Of a stretch of 64,000 nucleotides of DNA, positions 47,401 to 55,867 are shown piece by piece (position 1 is the stretch's first letter; each line of letters opens with the position of its first letter). The notes below the pieces were generated by a model. It ran no database searches. It had not been told where the DNA came from and saw only the letters and a list, made by a program, of their open reading frames with translations. Location of the stretch: the NCBI GenBank assembly GCA_023269615.1, contig JAHFSY010000008.1:68052-132051 (forward strand), in the 5' to 3' direction. This DNA comes from Verrucomicrobiota bacterium (GTDB taxonomy: Bacteria > Verrucomicrobiota > Verrucomicrobiia > JABWAM01). Both the position numbers and the translations under genes were made by a program.

Positions 47401-50400
47401 GAGAACTCCGTCCAACATGCTCGGAAAAAGAATCATGTCCCCATCGAACACGACACATGCGGCCAGGACATCAAGGTCCGTGTGCGTTCGCATGATATCG
47501 TGCCGCTCCTTCAGGTAAGGACGCCCCGGGTGGGCATCATGGCTCCACAAGACCGTCTTGCCCGTTGAGTCCCTGTATGTCAGCACTCCGCTCTCCGACA
47601 CATCATACTGGGATGCACCCTCCTGTCTTTCCGGATCAGGGACTTTTGAGGTCACCGGCAACGGATTTCTCCCGATTGTCCCTTCCGCAGTGGCTGTCAT
47701 GGTCACGGGCACTCCAGCTTTGAAGTTCAATATCGCCAAACAACCCTGTCGAATCACATCTGCCTGGTCTCCCTTCACCGTCTGTTTCTCAACCGCTTTG
47801 AAGTATTCTTCAGCCTTTTCATCGTTGCCCGAGACCCGATGCATCATCCCCAACGCTTGAAGTGCTTGCATGCATTCCAGCGTGTTGGGATGTGCCTGCA
47901 CCACTTCCTCAAGCTGTTTTGCCATCTGTTCCTGTTGCGGATTCAGCTGGGCGGCCGCGCTTGTCTTGGAAGGTTTGCGCGGGACGGATTTGGAATTCAA
48001 CACCATCGAACAACTCTCGCGGATCTTGTCCGCCTTTTCCCCTTTCACCGCCTGTTTCACAACGGCCTGAAAGCATTCCGCGGACTTTTCAGCGTGCCCC
48101 ATCCTACGATGCATCCACGCCAGCTTTTCGAGCGCTTGCATGCATTCGAGCGTGTTGGGATGCGCTTGTGCCACCCCTTCAAGAAGTTTCATCACCTGTT
48201 CTTTTTCCGCGCTCGATTCGGCTTTCTCGGCAGCCATCATCACCACTTCAGGGTCGCTGGTGCCGATGGAGAGAAGTTCCTTCAAGGCCTTCCCCGCCTG
48301 GATCGGTTTCTGTTTTGAAATGTTTTTGCTTACCGCCTTCAACAGCTCGATCTTCCGGGGATTCGGTGATGTACCCATCAAACGGATGATGGCAGCATAA
48401 GAAGGGGTCAAGGTATCAATCACCGGCGCCCGGTTCCACGCTGGCGATGGAGGCGTGATGACCCATGGAAGGTTCAGATACACACGGAGCGCCGCCGCAC
48501 GATCTCCCAAGACTTCGTACAGCCTTCCGCACTCATAAGAGGGGGTTTTGACCCTGCCGAGCGTTGCCAGCGCGTCACTTGCCCTCCCCAACTCCTGCTG
48601 GGCCCGGGCTAGGTTGAACCTTGCGATGTCCGCATCGACTCCGCGCTTCGCACGATCCGCCAGGGCCCTCTTCCACAATTCCTCCTCCTCTGTGGTCCTC
48701 TTGAGTCTTCTCAAAATTCCACCCGCGGCTTCATAGTATGGCCATGGGTCATCCTTCGCTTCCGCAATCTTCATTCCCTTGTAAAAGCTCGACAACGCCT
48801 CTTCATCCTCCTCCTGCTTCAGGTACTCGGTGCCCATCTTGAAATGATAATCCGGAGTGTCCGGAGAAACGTACGCAGCGGTTTTCACCTCCTTCATCTT
48901 GTCAGCACCCCCGGTGTAAATTCTCGACTCGAGCCAGCTCATGAACGGATTTCGTGCGGCGTCATCCCCGGCGCGCGATGGTTTTCCCAAGGCGGAGGCC
49001 AGTTGTCGGCCCAGCGCGTCAAGATCATCCAGCTTGCCCTCGACATCCACCACGTTGAGCAGGGCCCCTTTCTCCACGTCAATCAGACGGGCCGAGATGG
49101 CGATTTTCCCCTCCTTGAGCCCGTAAAACCCGCTGACGATGGCGTTGGCCTTGAGCAACCCGCCCAGCTTCAACGCCGTCGCCTCGTCCGCAACCGCCTG
49201 AATCCCCTGCTCCTTGAGGACGGATTTGATTTTTTCCCGCTCCACCACCCTCATGGTTTTCCCGGATGACAACGCCGTGATCAGCACATCGTCAATCGCC
49301 CCATCAGACAACGATGCCCCCTCCAACGTCAGCGGATGAAATCCGGTGACCGCGATGGTCTGGACCGGCAACTGCTCCTCCCCGCGCTTCGCGGCGGAAT
49401 CTCCCCCCTCCACAGGAAAACGTTTTTTTATTTCATCCAGCAACATGGAAGCTGTTTTCTCCTCGTCCATGTTTTCCACTGGAACACTCACCAACCGTTC
49501 CCGCCTCGAATTTTTGAAATCATCCATCCAGACGTCCAGAACACGCGAGTAGCCCGCATTCCGTCCCCCGACGTGCAGGACCAGGTCTGCGGTCAACGCG
49601 TTCTTGAAACTCTTCACCTCGTCACCCTCCGCCTCGGAACCCAGCTGGGCCAGTTGCTTCTCATCGAACAGGGAGGATGCCGTGGTTCTTTCCACAAGTT
49701 CGAGTCCGGGAGTGTTACTGAGATATTGAAGAAACTTGGCGTGAGCTGAATTCACGCGTATATCCGCGCCAGCATCTGAGACCAGCGACACACGCAAGGG
49801 ACGCGCCGGGGTCGGCACCGCAATCACCGGGTAACCGCTGAACCCGGGAATCATCCTCACCCGCACGGGCAGGTTGTGCTCGTAGGCGCCCACGTCCGCA
49901 AGCCAACTCGTCGCGCGCGTCACGCCGGTCACTTCCAGTGTGTAAAAGTACGCGGTCCCGTTACGGACATCCTTGTCCACATACTCTGTCATGTTGGCCC
50001 GGGTTCGAAAAATCTCACGGTCCGGAGAAACCTGGAGCTTGTTGGCCCGTATCGTCGCATGACTCTGATCCGTGCGCCGGAGCACGAAGTAAGGACCCTC
50101 CGCCCAGTCTTTTTCATTCCATGGGAAGGAATCCCAACGCAACCGGACCTGTCCATCGTCCGCCCATGCGACCAATCCCGTCGGCAGCGGGTTCCTCACC
50201 GCAGAAACTGTCGCGGTCCGCATCTCCTTCTTGTCCGGGCCGCCCCAGTGGAAAACATAGTCGCAACGCTCGGAAAACCCAGGCCACTCGTAATAATTCT
50301 CATTCTGCCAGTCATTGCGGTCCAAAAATTTCCCGAAAATCCCTCGACGACCCTGGACCTGACTGTTGATTTCAAACGTCCAACCCTTGTGACCCAACGT

Positions 50401-51603
50401 GCCCAATACCCCGTAGATGCCTGAATCCTGGGGCGTTCCAGGAAAAGCGTCACGGGCGCGGATTTTGTCCGGGGATTCGTTGGCATTGGCCGAGGATTCC
50501 ACGAGGATGAACCCGCGTGATCTCCACGGGGGGTTGCTTGAACCCTTCGCTTCCGGCGCCGCAAAATCCACCCTCTGCTGGACGCGATTGCCCGCAATCA
50601 CCGTGCTAGCGCCTTCTTTCATGCTCCACGTGTCCTTGCGAATCAACACATCCAGGGCGACAACCAACATGGGCTCGCCACCAAGGGGAGAGGTCGCCTT
50701 GACCGGCACCTTGAAACTGCCGGCCCCAATGGGAAACCGGGCGAGTTCGTGAACGGGCTGCCACGATCCATTCTGCCAACACGCAAGATCCACAGTCAGC
50801 CTCGATTCGCTGAGCAGTCCGTCGGATTTGAAGGCAATCGCATCCCAGTCCAGGTGGGGATGACCTTCGCCATCCAGCTTCATGCGTGCGCGCGGCACCG
50901 GCATCGGTATGGTCGAACAGCAACCGCTCTCCCCAACCGGCCCCTGCCCCGCATGAAGCAGGCGAACCTTGTAGAAATACTTCGTCCCCGCCTCGACATG
51001 CGGATCCACCATGGAAAACTCAAACACATGTTTCGCCTTCTCGTCGGATTTCTGGACAGGAGCCGGGCTCACGACCTTGGGAGCGATCGGCTTCAAGCCC
51101 CCCAGCTCCACTTTCCCCAACGAGCCCGCTTCCTTGTATTCCCCATCCGCTCGGATCGAGCGCATCAACTGGACCCCAGTCACTTTCGACCCAATGCCGG
51201 ACTCCGACGTTCCACCCCCCATTTCCAATCGCACACTGACACGGACTGCGGCCGCCGGCGGCACAGGAGTGGGTGGGGCTGCGGCATGACGAGACCGCTC
51301 GAAAGCCTCCATCATCTCACTTCCATCATTCCCCCCTCGTCCCAGAAATGTGGGGCTTCCCGTGGTGAAAGGGCACGGGGCGGCCCATACCTTCCAGTCC
51401 AACAACTCCAGATCCTTCGCATCGACAACACCCACCGGCTGAGCTTCCGTTGCCCGCTCCACGGACTGCGCCGCCCGATCACGCAACTCCGACGAAAATG
51501 TCGGTTGGTCGTTCAAAGTCCGGTACGTGCTCCAACCCGCCAAACCGATCCCGATCACCGCAAGCACACCGATGATGATTCTTGTTGAACGGTTCAATTT
51601 CAT
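44428..51603 (-). CDS. giant (2391 aa) multi-domain envelope protein: N-terminal TM, CsgG-like domain, beta-propeller, HEAT-like and ~15 ankyrin repeats
   Basis: N-terminal TM anchor. A CsgG-like segment (IAVTGF...VVEREKIKSVLKEQ) lies at ~aa 740-850. A PQQ/WD-like segment follows (GKVRWKFEDW...IYVGNS). HEAT/PBS repeats follow (VRGIAVRQLGKL...VRQEAVRAV). The C-terminal ~600 aa consist of ankyrin repeats (G-TPL--A---GH-E-V--LL--GA). Confidence 0.8.
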   Translation of the reverse strand: MKLNRSTRIIIGVLAVIGIGLAGWSTYRTLNDQPTFSSELRDRAAQSVERATEAQPVGVVDAKDLELLDWKVWAAPCPFTTGSPTFLGRGGNDGSEMMEAFERSRHAAAPPTPVPPAAAVRVSVRLEMGGGTSESGIGSKVTGVQLMRSIRADGEYKEAGSLGKVELGGLKPIAPKVVSPAPVQKSDEKAKHVFEFSMVDPHVEAGTKYFYKVRLLHAGQGPVGESGCCSTIPMPVPRARMKLDGEGHPHLDWDAIAFKSDGLLSESRLTVDLACWQNGSWQPVHELARFPIGAGSFKVPVKATSPLGGEPMLVVALDVLIRKDTWSMKEGASTVIAGNRVQQRVDFAAPEAKGSSNPPWRSRGFILVESSANANESPDKIRARDAFPGTPQDSGIYGVLGTLGHKGWTFEINSQVQGRRGIFGKFLDRNDWQNENYYEWPGFSERCDYVFHWGGPDKKEMRTATVSAVRNPLPTGLVAWADDGQVRLRWDSFPWNEKDWAEGPYFVLRRTDQSHATIRANKLQVSPDREIFRTRANMTEYVDKDVRNGTAYFYTLEVTGVTRATSWLADVGAYEHNLPVRVRMIPGFSGYPVIAVPTPARPLRVSLVSDAGADIRVNSAHAKFLQYLSNTPGLELVERTTASSLFDEKQLAQLGSEAEGDEVKSFKNALTADLVLHVGGRNAGYSRVLDVWMDDFKNSRRERLVSVPVENMDEEKTASMLLDEIKKRFPVEGGDSAAKRGEEQLPVQTIAVTGFHPLTLEGASLSDGAIDDVLITALSSGKTMRVVEREKIKSVLKEQGIQAVADEATALKLGGLLKANAIVSGFYGLKEGKIAISARLIDVEKGALLNVVDVEGKLDDLDALGRQLASALGKPSRAGDDAARNPFMSWLESRIYTGGADKMKEVKTAAYVSPDTPDYHFKMGTEYLKQEEDEEALSSFYKGMKIAEAKDDPWPYYEAAGGILRRLKRTTEEEELWKRALADRAKRGVDADIARFNLARAQQELGRASDALATLGRVKTPSYECGRLYEVLGDRAAALRVYLNLPWVITPPSPAWNRAPVIDTLTPSYAAIIRLMGTSPNPRKIELLKAVSKNISKQKPIQAGKALKELLSIGTSDPEVVMMAAEKAESSAEKEQVMKLLEGVAQAHPNTLECMQALEKLAWMHRRMGHAEKSAECFQAVVKQAVKGEKADKIRESCSMVLNSKSVPRKPSKTSAAAQLNPQQEQMAKQLEEVVQAHPNTLECMQALQALGMMHRVSGNDEKAEEYFKAVEKQTVKGDQADVIRQGCLAILNFKAGVPVTMTATAEGTIGRNPLPVTSKVPDPERQEGASQYDVSESGVLTYRDSTGKTVLWSHDAHPGRPYLKERHDIMRTHTDLDVLAACVVFDGDMILFPSMLDGVLYALDRATGKVRWKFEDWTPIAVPVALGGRIYVGNSLGELFELSRDNGTVLRRSLSSIEMEADFNGQIPSMVYDPQNKCILFVPREVLPLPIEDFRSFNHAAPSHMVSLEKFEASMLVTTSGGKGGLGHVDEFIAITQDAGGDKKRRRFLLGGLRYPDVKGRERAVPYLIKIAASRSESGDARAEALDVLGEICLKSFVPDFLGYLSDAEPRVRGIAVRQLGKLKSRDHLDQVAVLLGDPDVGVRQEAVRAVILLGGVEAKPRLRAILNDRNSPPCNEAALDLLMAGDYDPEIISIVKSSRSYKDGYDADLILLAVLCRAGDSDALAYLDQTMRDAAKNPRAREVVDNIGKYFPEKRLIPIVAKPLTRDAFSEEKVSGAMGRIGDPAAIPYLLEVFWRPDDASSTFLNGSIVYNKPAVQNELIDALEKLTGQAFGDHYALWEQWWHQSGLSKSVPPIETADEALLDAAETGNVPKLKTSFDRGAQVDAHDGKNSTSLILAARHGNLESVEFLLAKGANLNAVDAEGMTPFLAGVESSNLSISRVLIEAGADVNVSNKDGKNALSIAQGTAPDNKRDNETEIMTMLEKAGVKVTAENLGMALLAAAQKGDLAGVRELLVKGAKVDGRNENDWTPLIFASTAGHLEMVQLLLEKGADVNARSRIGCTPLMFAADGCHPEVVEALLAHGANVNSKTNKSCTALHTVTENGHLEMAKFLIDRGSQLDAPMAYNETESTVEGLTPLCIAVLNQQWEIAKFLISKGAKTGPPMQEIVKQQKSEGLKYLIEQGGDVNSRGDGGRTAIFNAAAFGATENVKLLLSKGANPDFLACYDNGAIFSPCTALDVARQQRHPEVAEILKKAGAQSGDVLFKASTDLDAAVTEGSYEKAEAAINTGADVKGLGGRMLLSAITRKHPELLMLLLEKGAKPNVSDSDGTTPLMAAVEQGDLLIVRLLLKAGADARARSQRGETPLSIAIRIKRADIADALKQAGAKE

Positions 51604-52571
51604 TCGGGCGCACGGTTTTTGAGCGATTCCTGTCGCTCGGCCTCATTCTCGACCTCCTCAATGACTTTCATCACCTCGGGATGTTCATTCATGCTGGCAT
51701 GCTTGTGGGCCGAACTTCCATCCCGGTCGGTTTTGCTCCAGTCGGCGCCCTTGCCGAGGAGATACTTCACGATCTTGACGTGGCCTTCCTGCGACGCAAA
51801 CATCAAGGGCGTCTGCCTGAGCTGGTTCAGGGCATTGATGTCCGCCCCCTTGTCGATCAAAAACTCCAGGACTGCCGGATGATTGTTCGACGCGGCGATG
51901 ATTGCAGCCGTGTTGCCGACGTCATTTCTTCCCTCGAGATCAGCCCCGCCGGCAACCAGGAGCTTCACCACCTCCAGATGTCCGTTCGCCGCGGCCGCGA
52001 CAAGTGGGGCGATCCTGCCTCCCTTGGCGCTTGCATCCGCCCCCTTGGCGAGAAGTAGTTTGGCCATTTCCACGTTTCCCGTCTGAGCCGCCATGTTCAT
52101 CGCAGTGCCGCCATCGAACTCGATGGCCTTGGGATCGGCCCCCTTCTCGAGTAGAAATTCCGCGATGGCGAGATGTCCCTGGTTGGCCGCCATCGCCAAC
52201 GGCGTCGATGCCTTTGCGCCTTTTGAATTCACATCCGCACCCTTCGCCACCAGGAGCTTCACAATTTCCATCTGGCCGATGAACGCGGCCTGAGCAAGAA
52301 CGCTGCCTCCCGTCTTCCGCTTCACATGCACATCCGCGCCGGCGGAGATCAAGACCTGCGCAACTTCCAAATGTCCATACTTCGCAGCAAGGCAAAGAGG
52401 CGAACTCCCCTCTTCATCCTGGACATCAATCTTCGCACCTTTCTCAAGCAGGATCTTCACCTGCGCCGCATCCCCGTCCTTCGCCGCCGCAAGCAGTTGC
52501 GCATCCTGATCCTGCCCAAACAAAACGCCCGCAGCCAGGACCAGAGCGAGGAATACGATGCAGGCTTTCAT
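51600..52571 (-). CDS. secreted ankyrin-repeat protein (323 aa)
   Basis: Signal peptide MKACIVFLALVLAAGVLFG, then 8-9 ankyrin repeats. It overlaps the giant gene's start by 4 bp. Confidence 0.85.
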   Translation of the reverse strand: MKACIVFLALVLAAGVLFGQDQDAQLLAAAKDGDAAQVKILLEKGAKIDVQDEEGSSPLCLAAKYGHLEVAQVLISAGADVHVKRKTGGSVLAQAAFIGQMEIVKLLVAKGADVNSKGAKASTPLAMAANQGHLAIAEFLLEKGADPKAIEFDGGTAMNMAAQTGNVEMAKLLLAKGADASAKGGRIAPLVAAAANGHLEVVKLLVAGGADLEGRNDVGNTAAIIAASNNHPAVLEFLIDKGADINALNQLRQTPLMFASQEGHVKIVKYLLGKGADWSKTDRDGSSAHKHASMNEHPEVMKVIEEVENEAERQESLKNRAPE

Positions 52572-55500
52572 CGTTTGCCTCCCCCGGTTTTTTCACGAAA
52601 TTCCTGTTCCGTGACGGTGTCGGAAACCCACCGGCTGGGCGGAATGGAGAGGAGCTGTTGTTTGTCCACTTCCAGAAGCGGGCTGATGAGATGGGACAAC
52701 GGGCCTTCGAGACCAATCCATAATTTCCGACTGGAAACCGCCAGTGAGGACACCCGCCGGGGAACGGCAAAGCATCCCACCCAACGGCCGCTTGGCTTGT
52801 GGAGGAGATATACCCGATGTTGTGCTTTTTCGAAGATGATCATCGAGTCCGTCTCGTCGCCCCCGCTCCCGGTTTGATTCCACCGTTCGCCGTTCGTCGT
52901 CGCCCCGACCCACAGGAACTCACCGTCGCTGGCCAGCGCGGTCACCGACCCCTGCAGCCGTGTAAATGGGTAAGTCCCGGCGGGCAACTTCCCGCCCTTC
53001 GAAAATTGCGCGATCCGCTCGACGGTTTTTGGCTTCTCCCAGATGCCCATGTCGGGATCTGAAAACCATGTCTGGATTTTGTTCCTCGTGGGGTTGTAGC
53101 GGATGAGACCACCGGTGATTCCAAGCCACAAACCAGAATCATCCTTCTCCACCGCATATAGAAAGGGAGGCCATTTCCCCGCGTATGACTCCGCGGCTGT
53201 TTTCGGCCGCAAATACCCCTGGAGCAATTCCCCGTCCAGATTGGTCCACTTTCCGGTCTTCAGATCCATTTTTAGAATATTTGCATCCCGCCATTGCGCT
53301 ATTTGCGACGACGCCCCGACGATCAGACTCTGTTCAAAAATCCCCATTCGCTGAATTTGCGGCAGGACTTTGCTCTCACAATACACACAGCGATCCACCA
53401 CCGTCTGGTCCACATCCAGCCGCTTCCACGTGCCAGCCTTGGGATCATGGACGTTCACCAATCCGATCTCAGGCTCCCCGCCGGCGAAATACAATCTGCC
53501 GCCCTCCTCCGCCCCGGCGAACATCAGCGGGGAAACCACCCCTTCCTTGTCGCCAAACCGCCTCACCTTGAAATCCCGGTCCACGCTCCACACGCCGCCA
53601 TCCATAAGCGTCAACCACATCTGCCCCTGATACGGCGTCATCGAGGTCACCTTCGACTTGCAGCCGATCTTCTCGGAGACGGGGGCCAGGTCCCGCCCAT
53701 CCTCCCCGCAAATCCAGAGCGAATCCTCCACGGAGGACTCAATCAAGTAGGCCAACTGGAAGTTCAGTCCCGGGCTTGAATTCCGGAAACCCTTCCTCCC
53801 GCTGATCCACAACCGGTTCTCATGAAACAACAGCGTGACGATCCCTGTGATGGGCGGTTTCGAGGGAAAAACCACGGAACGAACGGGGGCATCCAGCACG
53901 GGCGGGTGAAAATCAAGCGTCACGAGTTCCATCGGAGGCGCGGGCGCGGGCGCGGGCTTGGGTGGCATATTCTTTTCCTCGATGACCACGGTATCTCTGT
54001 ACTTTTTAGCCATCTCCGCACCTTTCGCCGTCGCGTCTACGGCGGTGAATGTCTGCTGGATTCCCTTCATATATTCCTGATGATAATATGACCGATCAAA
54101 ATCCGCCGCGGTCGACTTCCCTCCTCCCTGGAGCGCGGTCTGGCGCATGTAGGTTTCGTGCGCGAGAAGAAAGGGCCAGAGCGCCTCGACCGCGCGGGCC
54201 CTCAGGCGGGCGTCCCCGATTTTGAACGCCGTGCGCATGTTCTGCTGGAAGTTGGGGAGGGCGGAGTAGCGCTCCTCGTCGGGAATCCCCTCCCGCCCGG
54301 CGACTTCCTTGCTGATCAGGATGACCTTCTCCCCGAATTCCCTTAAAAATTGCTCCCGCCATTTTTCGAGAATCTCGGGCGGCGCGTCCCTCGGAAAACC
54401 GGAAACATCGGAGTTGTTCGGCGCGTCGCATGCGAACACAAAACTGGCCAGCAATCCCACCGAGCGCACGGCCGCCATGCTATCGAAATCCGGGGACTGA
54501 ACACCGTCCAGCCCACCCATCGGAAACAATCGCGCGAGAAGTTCCCCGTCCACCGTCGAAGGGGGATGATATCCAAACCGCGCCAGGAACGCGTTCCACC
54601 GCAGCAGCCTTCCCCAGTAAAATCCGAATGTGTTGGGATCCTCACTCCGGTTCCTCGCGATCGCATCCCCGCCCTTGAGTGTTCGATACCAATCCCCCTC
54701 GCAGAAGATCAGCTTGCGGTTGATCTCGTAGGACTCCGGCTCGAAGAAGCGCGCCGCCACATACATGTTCAACGCCTGCCGCCAGAGCCTCTGGCCGTCC
54801 TGCGTCCGAAAAAGCGCGGGCGAACTGGTGAACCGCCCCTCAATGTCCGTCCCGCGCATCACCAGCTCGCGCGCGACCTTGTGACGGACGGCGTCGGCGG
54901 GAGCCTGCTTGTGATAAGCCTTGATCGCGTCTGCCAGATGAGCGGCGAGTTTTTGTTTGAGCCCCTTCAACTGGGCAACGGTGCCGGTTTCGGCAAACGT
55001 CTGGATCTCTCCATGCCCATCCCAGATGTTCATCGTGGCCTTGACCGGCGTCTGTTCAAACGAAACATCGTTGCCCACCTTGTCTTCCGCAAAATCGCCC
55101 CATACAAACAGGTCTGCAACTTTTTGCCATGCATTGGCATCGGCTTCGACAAGGCCGCCCACCACCAGGTCCGCCTCGTCGGAGGATTCCGACGCCTTCG
55201 GAAAGCGGATCACACGCGCCGATTGGGAAGCTGCCGCCGTTTCCTGGAATGCGGCCAGCAACTCTCCCTCGAAATAATCCAGACGTCGGGATGCGTCGCT
55301 ATTGCTGAAAAACAGGGGCGCCACCACCAGCTTGTTTCTGACCTGCTCAAGTTTTTTTCGCGCCTCTTCCAGCGCCTGCTTCGACAACCCGACCGCCGCA
55401 TTCACGTCCTTACCCGAGATCGCGAGCGGTTCCTTCTCCGACCCGCTGATCGGAAGTGTTTTTTCCGCCAACACGTCCGCGTGATCCAGGTCAACGACCT

Positions 55501-55867
55501 CGATGCGCAGAAGCCGTCCCTTGCCCTCTTGAATTTCGAAATGCCCGAGGATGAGCAGGTCCGCCTTCAGCCATTTGCCGATGCGCAGGGCGGTCGCCTT
55601 CGAATCGAACCCGCTCACGTAATAATTCAGCTCGTGGTCGGCGGCCTCCAGTTGCGACCGCTCCACCCACTCCACCCCGGTCTTCTCCTGCGACAGCGCC
55701 GCCTGGAGAGCCGTGGAAAAGGTGGAGGCGGCGACGGAACTCCGGTAGGAATTATCGTCCACCGAGAATTCCCCGATCGCGACGCGGAGAGGCTTGGCGG
55801 TTTCCGCGGCGCAAGCCGATTCCAGCATCACCCCGATCGCCATCAAGGACATCGCAACCCATTTCAT
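52568..55867 (-). CDS. large secreted protein (1099 aa) with N-terminal CsgG-like domain
   Basis: Signal peptide. CsgG-like motif (LRVAIGEFSV...VEWVERSQLEAADHELNY). The remainder is unassigned and may be a beta-rich or repeat region. It overlaps the flanking genes by 4 bp on each side. Confidence 0.6.
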   Translation of the reverse strand: MKWVAMSLMAIGVMLESACAAETAKPLRVAIGEFSVDDNSYRSSVAASTFSTALQAALSQEKTGVEWVERSQLEAADHELNYYVSGFDSKATALRIGKWLKADLLILGHFEIQEGKGRLLRIEVVDLDHADVLAEKTLPISGSEKEPLAISGKDVNAAVGLSKQALEEARKKLEQVRNKLVVAPLFFSNSDASRRLDYFEGELLAAFQETAAASQSARVIRFPKASESSDEADLVVGGLVEADANAWQKVADLFVWGDFAEDKVGNDVSFEQTPVKATMNIWDGHGEIQTFAETGTVAQLKGLKQKLAAHLADAIKAYHKQAPADAVRHKVARELVMRGTDIEGRFTSSPALFRTQDGQRLWRQALNMYVAARFFEPESYEINRKLIFCEGDWYRTLKGGDAIARNRSEDPNTFGFYWGRLLRWNAFLARFGYHPPSTVDGELLARLFPMGGLDGVQSPDFDSMAAVRSVGLLASFVFACDAPNNSDVSGFPRDAPPEILEKWREQFLREFGEKVILISKEVAGREGIPDEERYSALPNFQQNMRTAFKIGDARLRARAVEALWPFLLAHETYMRQTALQGGGKSTAADFDRSYYHQEYMKGIQQTFTAVDATAKGAEMAKKYRDTVVIEEKNMPPKPAPAPAPPMELVTLDFHPPVLDAPVRSVVFPSKPPITGIVTLLFHENRLWISGRKGFRNSSPGLNFQLAYLIESSVEDSLWICGEDGRDLAPVSEKIGCKSKVTSMTPYQGQMWLTLMDGGVWSVDRDFKVRRFGDKEGVVSPLMFAGAEEGGRLYFAGGEPEIGLVNVHDPKAGTWKRLDVDQTVVDRCVYCESKVLPQIQRMGIFEQSLIVGASSQIAQWRDANILKMDLKTGKWTNLDGELLQGYLRPKTAAESYAGKWPPFLYAVEKDDSGLWLGITGGLIRYNPTRNKIQTWFSDPDMGIWEKPKTVERIAQFSKGGKLPAGTYPFTRLQGSVTALASDGEFLWVGATTNGERWNQTGSGGDETDSMIIFEKAQHRVYLLHKPSGRWVGCFAVPRRVSSLAVSSRKLWIGLEGPLSHLISPLLEVDKQQLLSIPPSRWVSDTVTEQEFREKTGGGKR

